This document shows, one piece after another, positions 62,109-64,000 of a DNA stretch of 64,000 nt. Origin of the DNA: Eremomyces bilateralis CBS 781.70. Taxonomy: Eukaryota. A program made the translations under genes and the position numbers. The stretch lies in NCBI GenBank assembly GCA_010015585.1, contig ML975150.1. One strand, 5' to 3'. The notes under the pieces were generated by a model that was not told the DNA's origin, did not search any database, and was given only the letters and a program-made list of their open reading frames with translations. The stretch's first letter is position 1, and every line of letters starts with the position of its first letter.

Positions 62109-64000
62109 GGTGGGTATGCCTCCCGTTGTGAGACATTTAGGTCCGTGTGATGGTCCGATTCGGGAGCCAGCGCCTCAGTCTTGGATGATCGGCGTAACCA
62201 AGTCCATGCTAAAGCCGCCAATACTATAATTCGAAGAATAATGAACAACAATGCATGTCACACCTAACCCGACAGAACGGTCCAAGTGTTGCTCACAGCG
62301 CAACGATATCCCAACCTGATCGCTCGAGGTGGTGCAGCATCTTGCTTGCGAGGGCACCTTCCCCGCATTCGATGCTGTCTTGGTCATTAAGAGACGTATT
62401 ATACGTCGAACACAGCTCAGCCGAAATGCAAATAATGGGAAACTGCATCGGATTTCATGGATGAATATGTAAGTGGTTACCGGCAGCCAACGCAGCCATC
62501 GAGGCCGATGTACGTTGCCGTGTCTCCATGCAGATTGTCCCGTCTTCTTCGCCCAGGGATAACCTGGAGACCGGATCCGCCTGCATGACATCGACCCAGA
62601 CCATCGACCCAACAGTCGGTACACAGCAAGTGAGATGACCGGATTTGCTGTACGGACGTACAGTATGCAATGATCGACGATTGGAGATCCGATCTCTGAG
62701 CAAAGACGAAGATTATTGGAATCACTGGGACGAGCCGTCGCCGGCAGCGAATAACCGCCTTCTCCAGCTCTGGAGTCCCTGGTATTTGGAATGATTGTCG
62801 TCTAGGTTGGATTCCAACCGAGTGGGATCTTTCGTGAACTAAAGAAGTGAGCTGTCACATTTTGGACGTCAAGCGGACAGCCGATGCATGACACCCAATC
62901 GGGTATGCTCCATTTCGTTGGATATCAGCCTCGTCTCCAAATTCCGGTTATGTGGATGGCCCATGGGACGCCACCTCCCACAACCTCAACATGGTGTGTA
63001 TTGTACCCCATTATCCCGGATCATCCTAGTACTGGCTGAGAACAGATGAACACCTCAATCGAACCCGAAGATGCTTCTCTACGATCTTCCCTGCATCTCC
63101 CTTGTGCACCTGTGCGTCTCCGGAAGAAGAAATCGGAGATGCTGGGTCGGTGGAACTATCGCTGGCGGGTATCGACAGTTTCTCCGCCGTGAGATACATG
63201 ATGGTATTCTCGAAAAGTGTCCGATTCGTTCAGGAGATGTGTCGTTGCATTTACCGTTTACATAAGATCGTCGTAGGCCACCTTTTGGCTCAATGGACCC
63301 TGGCGTGGCTGATCTGTTCCCGCAACCAATCCCTCATCTGATCCACAACGATCATCGTGGCGTTGGGCTGCCTGTCACACTGGCACAGAACCATAGCCTC
63401 TTCCGCTGTACATCCAATCTCTTCTGTGTACAGCCCTGGATATATCTACTCCACTTCGACCGACGGCGCCGCGTCGATCCGATCTGGAGATAATACATGC
63501 AAGCCCTGATAATACCGGCGTATCCACGGTTCTGGATGGAGGTTCGCTTGCGCCCAACCCGTCTAGGACATCATGGCCCCTCGAGGGTTCCTCCAGACAG
63601 GAAGCCGGTGACAATAGGTGGCTGCTATTCCCTTTGATATATTTGATATACCTCGCCTTGGCGCTTCCAGAGACCCTGTATCATTGGGGGTAGAAACGCC
63701 AGTTTGGTAAGCTGCTGCAGTCTTCATCAGTTTGGGAAGGATGCTACGCACTTGATGGTCAGACAAAGTGGATTGCTGGATGAGTCGTGATCCTGGTGGC
63801 GAGACTCTTCTTGCCATGTTCGATTTCCTCTATCGCTTGCCCGCCGGTATCGTGCCTCAGTATGAAAGGTTCAAAAGGAGGGAGGTCGTCGACCTTTCCT
63901 TCAAGCCATCCATTCGCTCAAAGTCCAAAAGTAAAGTTCTTCTTCTTGTTTACTACTACCCAAGTCTCCATAAGCCCAGGTATCCTTAGTACCCTTGATG

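Noticed and set aside
63071..63493. Two in-frame ORFs separated by one stop, possible pseudogene
   Set aside because: No recognisable motif or codon bias to support a call

Overview
Gene-dense genomic DNA from a filamentous ascomycete (Pezizomycotina). The evidence is short GT-AG introns with CTRAY branch sites and typical fungal gene families. A backbone of conserved genes is present: SEA4/MIOS 3' end, DUF4451 regulator, cytochrome P450, a conserved hypothetical, GID4/Vid24-like, MED10, PXA-domain gene, CENP-B-like HTH, RBG1, cysteine dioxygenase, DUF1349, CAP10-like GT90, Hos4-like ankyrin protein, DFG10, TGL1-like lipase and PET191/COA5. Two accessory islands of decayed conflict/allorecognition genes interrupt it. 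The first (about 8.4-14.7 kb) holds a QIP/Gfd2-like DEDDh exonuclease relic, an inverted paralogous fragment of an HNH gene, an HNH endonuclease pseudogene and a HET pseudogene. The second (about 52.4-57.3 kb) holds a small Cys-rich relic and an NB-ARC-TPR NLR pseudogene. Notable non-coding observations are a 2.2-kb intron with a hairpin-rich 5' part in the PXA gene, a TGCCTNAGGCA palindrome recurring in three housekeeping promoters, a nested two-way inverted repeat at 4.8-5.0 kb, a degenerate ~450-bp foldback at 37.5-37.9 kb, a hairpin chain at 34.5 kb, and a repeated C-rich to G-rich skew switch at gene 3' ends. All calls are by eye from motifs; no database searches were run.
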